Below are positions 54,018 through 63,188 of a stretch of 64,000 bases of DNA, one piece after another. The notes beneath the pieces are model-generated. The model was given only the letters and a program-made list of their open reading frames with translations. It searched no databases and was not told the origin of the DNA. Source of the stretch: an uncultured delta proteobacterium (GTDB taxonomy: Bacteria; Desulfobacterota; Desulfobacteria; Desulfobacterales; JAFDCJ01); assembly GCA_963769935.1 (NCBI GenBank), contig CAVYNY010000017.1, positions 1-64,000 on the forward strand, in the 5' to 3' direction. How positions within the stretch are numbered: position 1 is the stretch's first letter; each line of letters begins with the position of its first letter. The position numbers and the translations under genes are program-made.

Positions 54018-55318
54018 GTCCTGTGGTCACCGGTATCGTCGGCATCGCGCTGCTTCTTCTGCTTTTTCTCTTGAGGATGCCCGTCGCTTTTTCAATGACG
54101 CTTGTCGGCGTCGCCGGCTTCAGCTATTTGACAGGTCTGGAACCGGGCCTGGGAGTTCTGAGGCAGGATATCTTTGAGACATTTTCCTCCTACCCGCTGT
54201 CCGTGATCCCCATGTTCATTCTCATGGGCTCCTTTGCTTTTGCCTCGGGGATCAGCCGCAGGCTATATGACACTGCGTATACATGGGTTGGACACTTGCG
54301 CGGGGGATTGACGATTGCCACCGTTCTGGCATGTTCGGGATTCGCCGCCATATGCGGTTCAACTGCTGCAACGGCGGCCACCATGGGAAAGATTGCGCTG
54401 CCGGAGATGAAAAAGTATAAATACAGCGATATGCTGGCTACCGGAACCATTGCCGCAGCGGGCACGCTGGGCATTCTTATTCCGCCCAGTACCATATTGA
54501 TTGTCTACGGAATATTAACGGAGGAATCGATTGGAAAGCTTTTTGTGGCCGGACTGCTGCCGGGTGTGATTTTGAGCCTTTTGTTCGTCGCTACCGTAGC
54601 CATAATATGCACGCGCAACCCGCAACTGGGGCCTTCCGGCGCCTCTACTACCTGGCGTGAAAAGGTAAAAGCGGTCAAGGGGATCATTGAGGCCTTTATT
54701 CTCTTTGTGCTGACGATCGGCGGATTGTTTCTAGGCTGGTTCAGCCCCACTCAGGCCGGAGCGATTGGTGCCGGCGGTGCCCTGTTGATCGGGTTGATCC
54801 GGCGGCAGCTCAGCTGGCAAAGCTTTTTTGAAGCCGGCAAAGACGGCCTGCGGACTTCGTGTATGGTGCTGTTCATCATCACCGGCGCCACGGTATTCGG
54901 CCATTTCATGGCTGTCACGATGATTCCGTTCATGCTCGCCGATTGGGTCGGCAGCCTTCCGATACCGAGCTTCGCCATAATGGCGGTAATTGTCTTTATA
55001 TACTTTGTCGGCGGGTTCTTCATGGATTCCATGGCCCTTGTGGTGGTCACCATCCCGATTTTCTTCCCGATGGTGATGAAGCTCGGGTTCGATCCCATCT
55101 GGTTCGGGGTTATTATCGTGCTGGTAGCGGAGATGGGCGTCATTACACCCCCGGTGGGCGTCAATGTGTTTGTAATCAAGGGAATAGCTCCGGAAATACC
55201 GCTCGAAGTCATATTCAAAGGCATCTTGCCGTTTCTGCTGGCTCTCATACTGTTTACGATTGTCCTGATGATATTTCCCCAAATTGCAACATTTTTACCC
55301 AGCCTTATCACCTATTAG
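54014..55318 (+). CDS. dctM: TRAP transporter large permease
   Basis: IPMFILMG, GTLGILIPPS, DPIWFG and ITPPVG. Confidence 0.93.
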   Translation: MSPVVTGIVGIALLLLLFLLRMPVAFSMTLVGVAGFSYLTGLEPGLGVLRQDIFETFSSYPLSVIPMFILMGSFAFASGISRRLYDTAYTWVGHLRGGLTIATVLACSGFAAICGSTAATAATMGKIALPEMKKYKYSDMLATGTIAAAGTLGILIPPSTILIVYGILTEESIGKLFVAGLLPGVILSLLFVATVAIICTRNPQLGPSGASTTWREKVKAVKGIIEAFILFVLTIGGLFLGWFSPTQAGAIGAGGALLIGLIRRQLSWQSFFEAGKDGLRTSCMVLFIITGATVFGHFMAVTMIPFMLADWVGSLPIPSFAIMAVIVFIYFVGGFFMDSMALVVVTIPIFFPMVMKLGFDPIWFGVIIVLVAEMGVITPPVGVNVFVIKGIAPEIPLEVIFKGILPFLLALILFTIVLMIFPQIATFLPSLITY

Positions 55319-55389
55319 CGGAAACCCGAAAAGTCGGTTCAAAAAATTTTAAAGGGCAGGTAAAACTCGCAAGACTCTGGAGACCCGAT

Positions 55390-55881
55390 ATGGAAAAGCA
55401 AGATCTGCTGAAAGGCAAGCGGATTCTAATCGTAGATGACGAACCGGATGTCCTGGATGCGTTGGCCGACTTGTTGGGCATGTGCGAACTAACAACGGCG
55501 TCGACCTTTGAAGAAGCTCGGCAAAAATTGCTTGCCGGCCCTTTTGATATGGCAATTTTAGATATTATGGGGGTCGACGGCTATAAACTTCTGGAATTGG
55601 CCACGCAAAGAAAAATTACCGCCATCATGCTGACCGCGCATGCGCTGAGTCCGGAAGACACCCTCAAGTCCCATAAAAAGGGCGCAGCCTATTATCTTCC
55701 CAAGGAAGAAATGTTCAACATCGAACGACACCTGATCGATGTGCTGGAAGCGCAGGCAAAAGGCCGGAATACGTGGGTGCGCTGGTTCGACCGGTTCGCC
55801 TCGTATTATGAAAGAAAATTCGGGCCCGACTGGCAGGAGACTGACAAAAAATACTGGGACAAATTCAAAAACTATTATTGA
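55390..55881 (+). CDS. Stand-alone response regulator (receiver + Trp-rich tail)
   Basis: ILIVDDEPD, LDIMGVDG and YLPK; probable start MEKQDLL at 55390. Confidence 0.85.
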   Translation: MEKQDLLKGKRILIVDDEPDVLDALADLLGMCELTTASTFEEARQKLLAGPFDMAILDIMGVDGYKLLELATQRKITAIMLTAHALSPEDTLKSHKKGAAYYLPKEEMFNIERHLIDVLEAQAKGRNTWVRWFDRFASYYERKFGPDWQETDKKYWDKFKNYY

Positions 55882-56160
55882 CCCCGCTGAAACAGACAGG
55901 GAGCGCTAAACGTATCGAGGACCCGCTTGACCGGTTCAACCCAACTTGAAAAGGACTGCGGCGAATCAAACTCATCCACGATGTCCGCTTCGCCTTCTTT
56001 GACCTTGACCCACTCGCTGTCGGTGAGCATGTCCAGGCTGGTGGGAGCGGTTTCCAACCACGGTAATTAATCCGCCGGACCCTCGATTAACAATTTTCTT
56101 CAGTTTTCAAAAAACAATTTACAATCCTGAATGTACTATTTTTCAGGGCGGATTAATTAG

Positions 56161-56397
56161 TTAAAGAAGATCACGCAAAAGGGCGGCGCAGGTATCCGAC
56201 ATTTCGATCCCGGTTTCCTCGACCGCAATTGCTTCCCGCTCACAGATTTCAACGCAGCTAAGACAGCCCACACAATCTTTCGCATTTACGGGGGTCGACT
56301 TACCATTTCGCATTTCAAAAACTTCCGATGTGCAGGCTTCCAGACATTCTTCACAGCCGTTACATTTTTCCTGGTTCAGTGTTATTTTAAATCCCAT
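56161..56397 (-). CDS. 2x[4Fe-4S] ferredoxin
   Basis: CNGCEECLEAC and CVGCLSCVEIC; GGAGG RBS. Confidence 0.9.
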   Translation of the reverse strand: MGFKITLNQEKCNGCEECLEACTSEVFEMRNGKSTPVNAKDCVGCLSCVEICEREAIAVEETGIEMSDTCAALLRDLL

Positions 56398-56688
56398 CTT
56401 GTGATAGATCCTCCTTTGTACCGCTTTGTGTCCGTGGCTGGACTTATACAAAGTTGAATGATGCCACTAGATTCGGAATTTTTCACAAAAATGTCAACAG
56501 AAAAATTGTATCCAAAATATAAAGCAATCCAGGAAAATTTCAAAATTATTGGTTGACCCTTATCGGGCTATATTTTGGCAGAAAATTAATTAATATATTG
56601 AATTATATACATATTTAAAAAATATATTTTTGTTGACATTTCATAGGTGATCGATTAAAAATACTAATATCTCACAAAATTAAAGCCA

Positions 56689-56700
56689 TTTGTATACAAA
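56689..56700. promoter_or_regulatory. GntR/FadR-type operator
   Basis: Perfect palindrome TTTGTATACAAA over the predicted start of the gntR gene. Confidence 0.55.
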
Positions 56701-57388
56701 ATTGGAAAAATCTGCCACTCAATTAAAGATCTCAAAAAAGTCCGTCCCGGTGCGGGAAAGGGCTTATAACGATTTGAAATCCGACCTGCTTTCCGGCCGT
56801 TTTACCCCGGGAGAAAGACTGACCGAAGAGCATTTGGCAAAAAGCTTGGGCGTCAGCCGAACACCGGTCAGAGAAGCCCTTCATAAGCTGGAATCCGAAG
56901 GTTTGGTCAAGCCCCTGGAAAGCAGGGGTTTTTACGTTGCACGGGATTCGCGCGAAGAGCTGGAGGATCTTTTCGATATCAGGGCCGCCTTGGAAGGCTA
57001 TGCGATAAGATTAATCTGCGCCCGAATATCCGCGGAAACAATCAAACAGCTCAACGAATTCATCAAAAAAGCAGAAGATGCACTTGCCCGCAAGCAACTC
57101 GATGAGATCTTTGAATACAACACCCAATTTCATGATGTTCTTCACGGCGTGATTGCCCGCAAAACCCGATTCCACACCCTGATTGCCGATACCCGCAAAT
57201 ATGTGCTGCGCTACCGCAAGGACAGCCTTCATTATTTCGACGGTGCGCGGCGAACCATCGACGGGCACAAAAAAATACTGATGGCCATTAGTCTGAAAGA
57301 CCCGGAGCTATGTGAGCGTGTGATGCGGCAACATATCCGGGAGGCCAAAGAAGAGGCATTGCATAAAATTTCTGAGAAAAAACAATGA
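56690..57388 (+). CDS. GntR family (FCD) regulator
   Basis: GVSRTPVREAL HTH; NTQFH and HKKIL FCD motifs. Exact start uncertain. Confidence 0.92.
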   Translation: MYTKLEKSATQLKISKKSVPVRERAYNDLKSDLLSGRFTPGERLTEEHLAKSLGVSRTPVREALHKLESEGLVKPLESRGFYVARDSREELEDLFDIRAALEGYAIRLICARISAETIKQLNEFIKKAEDALARKQLDEIFEYNTQFHDVLHGVIARKTRFHTLIADTRKYVLRYRKDSLHYFDGARRTIDGHKKILMAISLKDPELCERVMRQHIREAKEEALHKISEKKQ

Positions 57389-57441
57389 TCCGCTGAAATA
57401 AACAGTGTTTGTTTCCGGATATTCCGAATGAGGAGGTTCTG

Positions 57442-58197
57442 ATGAAAGCAGATAAAGACAAATGTATCGCCTGCAAACGATGTTTTGCATATTGCCCCAT
57501 GGGCCGGATACAGACTTTTCATCGGCATGAGAAAATTCCCGGCCGCATTTACATTGAAATAGACCAGGACGCCTGTACCGACTGCGGCATGTGCGTGCGG
57601 GCCAACATCTGTCCGGTCAATGCCCTTTATCAGCAAGTCGAGGAATGGCCGCGGGAAATCAGAGGTATTTTGAGCAATCCGCTCATCGAGTTCAAGGGCT
57701 CGCAGGTGCCGGGACGGGGAACTGAAGAGATGAAAACCAACGACGTTAAAGGCTCCTTTCTGCCCGGTGAGGTTGGGGTCGGAGTTGAGCTGGGCCGTCC
57801 CGGTGTAGGGGCTTATTTCAGGGACGTCGAAATCATCGCGATGGCCTTGATGGGCGCGAACATCGGCTATGAACTGGCCGCGGAAAATCCGGTTACCCAT
57901 TTCATGTCGGACAAAAAAACGGGCAAACTGCGAGACGATGTGCTCGGTGAAAAGGCAACATCCGCAATTATTGAGGGCAAGTGCAAGTTGGAAAAACTGC
58001 CCGAGGCGTTAAAGGCTTTGCAGGAGGCTGCTGAAAAGGTCGATACGGTGTTTACCGTGGAAGTGATCACAAAGGTTACGCCGGAAGGAGAGGTGCCCAC
58101 CAAAGCCGTCCTGGAAAAATTAGGCTTCTGGTACTCCATCAACAGTAAGAACAACCTCGGGCTGGGACTGCCGGCCTTTGATTTTTACGGATCATAA
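57442..58197 (+). CDS. Ferredoxin-domain protein with an uncharacterised C-terminal domain
   Basis: CIACKRCFAYCP and CTDCGMCVRANICP, then GRGTEEMKTND and ELGRPG; AGGAGG RBS. Confidence 0.8.
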   Translation: MKADKDKCIACKRCFAYCPMGRIQTFHRHEKIPGRIYIEIDQDACTDCGMCVRANICPVNALYQQVEEWPREIRGILSNPLIEFKGSQVPGRGTEEMKTNDVKGSFLPGEVGVGVELGRPGVGAYFRDVEIIAMALMGANIGYELAAENPVTHFMSDKKTGKLRDDVLGEKATSAIIEGKCKLEKLPEALKALQEAAEKVDTVFTVEVITKVTPEGEVPTKAVLEKLGFWYSINSKNNLGLGLPAFDFYGS

Positions 58198-58209
58198 AGG
58201 AGACGATTC

Positions 58210-58857
58210 ATGACACACAGCTTGCACCGCAGGGGGGACTACGAGAGCCTCAAGGAAGATTTTGTGGTACTGGGCTGCCCGGCGACGGGCGTCAACAAGG
58301 TCGGGTCCGCCCCCAAGACCCAGAATTTTTTGAGCATCTGTTACAAGCACGGTCCGGTCAACCTGGGCGATATGAAAACCGGCAATATTTACAACACCAC
58401 CATGGATGATATCCTGGCAAGTGTAACGGATGGTACCATCGTTCAGTGTACTTTCGACAACCGGGATAAAATTGTGGATTTGATGAAAGAACTCAAGGAG
58501 AGAAGACCCGGAATATCCGTCATCATTTCCGGCGTGACCGATGTCGTGCAGCAGTGTATGTTCGAAGCCGGACTCGGTCCGATCCATTCACTCGAGTATT
58601 CATTGGGGACCTGGGGCAAAACCGAAAGATTGCCCGGGTATGCGGTATTGAAGCTGGTTACGATGTGCGGGCATGCCATGATTGCCTCCGACCTGGTGGG
58701 TAAAATGGTGCGGGACGTCAAACGCGGGCGCCGGACCATCAGATCCTGTGTGGTGGAATTGGCCCGGTGCTGTACCTGCGGCAACTTCAATTTGACACGC
58801 GGAGAAAAGATATTCCAGGAAGTCCTTTCAACCTATACGGTTCATAGTCTGTACTGA
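58210..58857 (+). CDS. Hypothetical His/Cys-motif protein
   Basis: AAGGAG RBS; N-terminal MTHSLHRRG, MCGH and CCTCGNFN. Confidence 0.75.
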   Translation: MTHSLHRRGDYESLKEDFVVLGCPATGVNKVGSAPKTQNFLSICYKHGPVNLGDMKTGNIYNTTMDDILASVTDGTIVQCTFDNRDKIVDLMKELKERRPGISVIISGVTDVVQQCMFEAGLGPIHSLEYSLGTWGKTERLPGYAVLKLVTMCGHAMIASDLVGKMVRDVKRGRRTIRSCVVELARCCTCGNFNLTRGEKIFQEVLSTYTVHSLY

Positions 58858-58890
58858 AACCGGAAACGTTACAAGTATAAGGAGACAAAG

Positions 58891-60204
58891 ATGCGATATG
58901 TACTGGTGGGCGGGAGCGCTGCAGCCGTAAGTGCGCTGGAGGCGATTCGATCCGTTGACAAGTCGTCGCCAATTGATTTGTTCAGCGATGAAAAAGCGCC
59001 GCTTTTTTCAAGAGTGCTTCTTCCCTACTATGTGGCCGAGGAGCTCTCGAAACCGCTGTTAAATTTCAGATCGGCTGATTTTTTCCAGGAAAACAATGTT
59101 ACGGCCCATATCGGCGTCAGGGTTCAAGCGATTGATCCGGCTGCCAAAACGGTGACCGCCGATGACGGCCACACCTATGCCTATGACAAGTTGCTGCTTG
59201 CCACCGGCGGCAATGCGATCGTCCCAAAATTACCGGGCGTTGACAAGGAAGGCATCTCGCCGCTCAAGACCATGCAGGATGCGGAAAGAATATATAATTT
59301 TGACGGCGGCCGGGCGGTGGTCATCGGTGCCGGCAGCATCGGCGTCGAGTCCTGTATCAGCCTGATGCGAAGGGGTGTCAAGGTCACATTGCTCGAACAG
59401 TTGGGCCAGGTGCTGCCGACGGTTTTTGATGACGAGGCGGCCGGCATCATCCGGGAAGTCATCGAGCAGATGGGAATCGAGGTGATCACCGGCGAGCGCG
59501 CGATTGAATTTACCGGCAACGGCCGGGTGCAGAGTGTTGTGACGAGCACCGGCGAGATTGAGTGCGACAATGTCATTTTGTCCGTTGGGGTCAGGCCGGC
59601 GGTGGAGCTGGCCGAGCAGGCCGGGATCGAGGTCGGCATGATGGGCGGAATCACAACCGATGCCGCTATGATGACGAGTCGGCAGGATATATATGCCGCC
59701 GGGGATGTATGTGAGACCTTTGATATTGCCCGCAACCAGCCTTTTATCAATGCCATCTGGCCGATGGCCGTGGAACAGGGCCGGATTGCCGGACTGAATA
59801 TGGCCGGGCAAAGCAGACAATACGGCGGGTCCGTCCGAATGAACTCCATCGGTAATTTTATCGGTATTCCGGCCATGTCCATGGGTGTTACCCGCACCGA
59901 GGAATGCTCATATGTCGATGAAGATTGTCACTTCCAGGAGATCAAAAAACGGACCCGGAACACTTACAAGAAGATCATTTTAAAAAACGGATGCATTGTC
60001 GGGGCGATCTTCATCGGGGTGGGTCAAACCCAGCGCTGCGGCCTTATATCGATTCTTCTCAGGCGGCAAATTGACGTTTCCGACTATATTCAAACATTGA
60101 TGAGCAACAATTTGAGCTTCATGGATATCCTGCCGTTGTTGCGGCGCTACGGCGACAAGTTCACCGAACCCGAATACAAAGAGCTGATGGATACGGGGCT
60201 TTAG
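58891..60204 (+). CDS. FAD/NAD(P)-dependent oxidoreductase (pyridine nucleotide-disulfide/NirB-N family)
   Basis: GGSAAA, LLLATGG, GAGSIGVE and IYAAGD. Confidence 0.9.
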   Translation: MRYVLVGGSAAAVSALEAIRSVDKSSPIDLFSDEKAPLFSRVLLPYYVAEELSKPLLNFRSADFFQENNVTAHIGVRVQAIDPAAKTVTADDGHTYAYDKLLLATGGNAIVPKLPGVDKEGISPLKTMQDAERIYNFDGGRAVVIGAGSIGVESCISLMRRGVKVTLLEQLGQVLPTVFDDEAAGIIREVIEQMGIEVITGERAIEFTGNGRVQSVVTSTGEIECDNVILSVGVRPAVELAEQAGIEVGMMGGITTDAAMMTSRQDIYAAGDVCETFDIARNQPFINAIWPMAVEQGRIAGLNMAGQSRQYGGSVRMNSIGNFIGIPAMSMGVTRTEECSYVDEDCHFQEIKKRTRNTYKKIILKNGCIVGAIFIGVGQTQRCGLISILLRRQIDVSDYIQTLMSNNLSFMDILPLLRRYGDKFTEPEYKELMDTGL

Positions 60205-60425
60205 GTTTTGAAAACTTCACCGTTCAATGGTTCAGAGGTCCAGGGTTAACTTCGAATCCGAACCGATAGTTGCATCAGTTTTGAAAGAAAATTGTTCGCG
60301 GGTAGAACACTCTTAGAAGATTAAAGCATAATAATTGGCGTGAACGCCAATCCACCAGGTAATTAAAGGATACCCTGAACGGGGAACTTTGAACCTGGGA
60401 ACCCTTTGTTGACGAGGAGGACAAA

Positions 60426-60875
60426 TTGCAGGTTATAAAAGTAGATCCCAAGAAATGTACCGGTTGCCACCAGTGCGAGCTTTGGTGCGGAACGGAAATC
60501 GCATCTCTCGCCAAGGAATTATCCGGCGCAATCAATGAAGAACCCCAGCCGGTGCCCCGGGTGTATGTGGAAGGTAAAAAGCTGGCCCTGCAGTGCCGGC
60601 ATTGTGTTGAGGCGCCGTGCCTGGATGCCTGCCCCAACGGAACCATGCGGCGGGACCCGGAAACCGGACTGGTGTATGTAAATGAGCCGACCTGTATTGC
60701 ATGCTGGATGTGTGTGATGGTATGTCCCTTCGGCATCATCAATCCGTCGCCGACCCACCGGGTGGCAATTAAATGCGACCGCTGCCGTAACATGGGCTAC
60801 CCCATATGTGCGGAGGTATGTCCGACTCAGGCCATATCCGTTGAACCCCGGCAGGACTATCGTAAAGTCTTTTAA
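60426..60875 (+). CDS. CooF/HycB-like 4x[4Fe-4S] electron-transfer protein
   Basis: CTGCHQCELWC, CRHCVEAPCLDAC, CIACWMCVMVC and CDRC...CAEVC; GAGGAGG RBS before TTG. Confidence 0.9.
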   Translation: MQVIKVDPKKCTGCHQCELWCGTEIASLAKELSGAINEEPQPVPRVYVEGKKLALQCRHCVEAPCLDACPNGTMRRDPETGLVYVNEPTCIACWMCVMVCPFGIINPSPTHRVAIKCDRCRNMGYPICAEVCPTQAISVEPRQDYRKVF

Positions 60876-60916
60876 AAGGAAGATTGTGCAACTTATGGCA
60901 AAGTTAATAAAAATTA

Positions 60917-60998
60917 ATCACGAAAACACGAAATTCGGAAAGCACGAAATTAGATAATTATTTTTTTTCGTGTTTTCGCCCTTTCGTGCTTTCGTGAT
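60917..60998. repeat. Palindromic CACGAAA/TTTCGTG element, copy 2
   Basis: Same layout as 25349-25429. Confidence 0.8.
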
Positions 60999-61055
60999 AA
61001 AAAATTTCTGTTGAGTTCCGGGTGCTTAGGTTTAGGCATAAGAAAGGAGAAAAAG

Positions 61056-62754
61056 ATGGAGTTTATCCAGAGAAAGACCGCTGATCGTGCCGTTAACCAT
61101 TTCCTGCTGAAAGCAGCAGATCAGGAGATAAACGTTACATGGGACCGGTTTGAAGGTCAGCTTCCAGAATGCGGATTTTGTGAATCAGGCTTGAGCTGTC
61201 GAGACTGCCTGCAGGGTCCCTGCATCAGCCATCCGTTCAGAGGTCAGAGCAAGCTGGGTGTATGCGGTAAAGACAAGGACGTACTGACGGCTCAATCTTT
61301 GTTGCGGCTGGTGCTGAAGGGGACCATGTCCTATCTCGATCAGCTGAATGATTTTGTCAATGAGTTTCAGGCCGGTGCCGTCGAACCGGCCAACAAGAAA
61401 CAGGCCGGGCAGACCGTGAAAGCGATTCTGGATCTGCTGCATACGGGCAGCTCCGAGGTTGTCGGCGAGTTTCCGGCAGCTCTGGTGGAAGTCTGGAAAA
61501 CGACAGGCGTCCTCCCCCAAGGAATTGCCAGCGATGTGTTCAAGGCTTCCCAGCGGCTGGAAGGCGGTTTCAGCGATATGGAGGAAACGCTGTTGTGGTC
61601 CTTTAAAACCGCGCTGCTTGGATGTATGAGCGACAGACTCCAGCATAAATTAAAAGCAGCGGTTTTCGGCCGCACCGCTCCGGCAGAACTTGAAGTCAAT
61701 CTGGGTGTTCTTAAAAGCGATGGCCCCACCATTCTTATCTATGGTCCGGTTTCGCCGCTGCTCAAACAAAAGATTGCCGAAACGGCGGAGGAGAAAAACG
61801 TCAATGTGATGGGCGTCTGTACAGATCCGCTGCTGCCCTCCTATCGTTTTTTCCCGGTTACGACCTATGTTTCCCAAGAGGTTCCCCTGATGACCGGTGC
61901 CGTGGATCTGATTGTCGTCGGGAGCCAATTTGTCAACCCGTCTTTGGCTGCCGTCGCCATCGATTGGAAGGTAGCCGTGGTGCCGACCGATGGGTTAAAT
62001 CAAAATCCGGATACGGCTGCATTTGCTCAACAGATCGTAGCGCAGGCCGCGCAGGCTTTTGAAATGCGAAAGAACATTGCCAGAGACATTCCCATGGTCA
62101 AAGAATCGGCCGTCATGGGCTATTCTGCCGCCGAAATCGACATCAATAAGATTGTGCAGGCCCTGGAAAGCGGCAGCATCAAGGGCATCGCAATCCTGGC
62201 CGGCAGTAATAACGTCAAATACACCCAGGACGAGGAGCTGGTTACGATCGCCAAGCAGTTGCTGGCTCACGATATTTTGTGTGTTTCGGATGGGGAAGCC
62301 AGTGTCAGCCTGGCCAAATACCGGCTGTTGGATCCGGCCGGCCGGGACAAGGATTGCGGCCCTGGTGTCAAAGCCCTGCTGGCGTCGCTACGGGGAGAAT
62401 GTACCGTCGGTAATCGACTGGAGCCTGACGGATTTTCTGTTGACTTTAGGCGGTGCCGGCGAAAAGGCGCTTTCGGATTACCCGATCTGTGCCTATTTTC
62501 CGGAAGCCAACCGTACGGCCGAAGTAACCAAAGCGATGTGGACGGTGGCCATGGGCGTTTCCACTTATTTCTGGCCCTGTCTGCCGGTGACCGGCAGTGT
62601 CAGAACCCAGAAGGCCTTGAGCGATTTATGCCGGCAAAAATTCGGCTCAAAGCTGCATGTCGTAACCCAGAAAATCGATGCCCGATCCAAAGCCGGCTTG
62701 TTTATAAAAGAGATTGAAGCGCCGGCCCCGATGTCGGGAAAGTCGTGGGAATAA
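61056..62754 (+). CDS. CooS/Ni-CODH-like protein with degenerate C-cluster site, one frameshift near 62390
   Basis: WDRFEGQLPECGFC...CRDCLQGPC...GVCG N-terminus, EVNLGVL, TGAVD, IKGIAILAGSNN and C-terminal AMGV...LPVTGS; AAAGGAG RBS. Confidence 0.85.
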
Positions 62755-62760
62755 TCTCTT

Positions 62761-63160
62761 GGTGTCAGGTGTCAGTGTTCAGGTGTCAGCCAAACGAAGC
62801 TCTATAAATTTTTGGCGGCATTAAAAGAGACTGTGGAAGCGGTTTTTAACTGCGATCTGTCATTTTGTGATCTGACTTCGGCATAAAGTCTTCTGGAGAC
62901 TGACACCTCGTGTGAAACTACATTTAGTTTCTTCCACGATCAGACTGGACGCTCGCGGCCAGAGGCGGCGCTTATATGAAACTTCATTAAATTCGATGCC
63001 ATTTTTATGAAGTGTCTCACCGCTGAGAGCGCAGAGAGTGCGGAGATTAATTAAACTTTTCTTTCTCGGCGTTTTCGGCGGTGAACTATTATGTTTCTTT
63101 TTCGATCAGACTGGACGCTCGCGGCCAGAGGCGGTGCTGACACCCGAAACCTGAAACCTT
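62761..63160. repeat. Composite intergenic repeat region with a 36-bp direct repeat
   Basis: CGATCAGACTGGACGCTCGCGGCCAGAGGCGG(C/T)GCT at 62937-62972 and 63103-63138, flanked by GGTGTCA heptamers and their complement CTGACACC. Confidence 0.75.
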
Positions 63161-63188
63161 CAACATATATACCTGGAGAAATTTTAAC

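Noticed and set aside
54859..55389. N-terminal extension of the 340-aa ORF 54859..55881
   Set aside because: It overlaps dctM in another frame; only the receiver part from 55390 is protein-like.
1780..62400. Frameshifts in the sigma-54 activator, RND pump (x2), carbamoyltransferase, MMPL (x3) and CooS-like gene as pseudogenes or programmed frameshifts
   Set aside because: Single-base indels of both signs, mostly in short homopolymers, in unrelated and otherwise intact genes. Long-read error is the simplest explanation; read polishing would settle it.
62937..63138. 36-bp direct repeat as a CRISPR array
   Set aside because: Only two copies, 130-nt separation, no cas genes, and embedded in other repeat elements.
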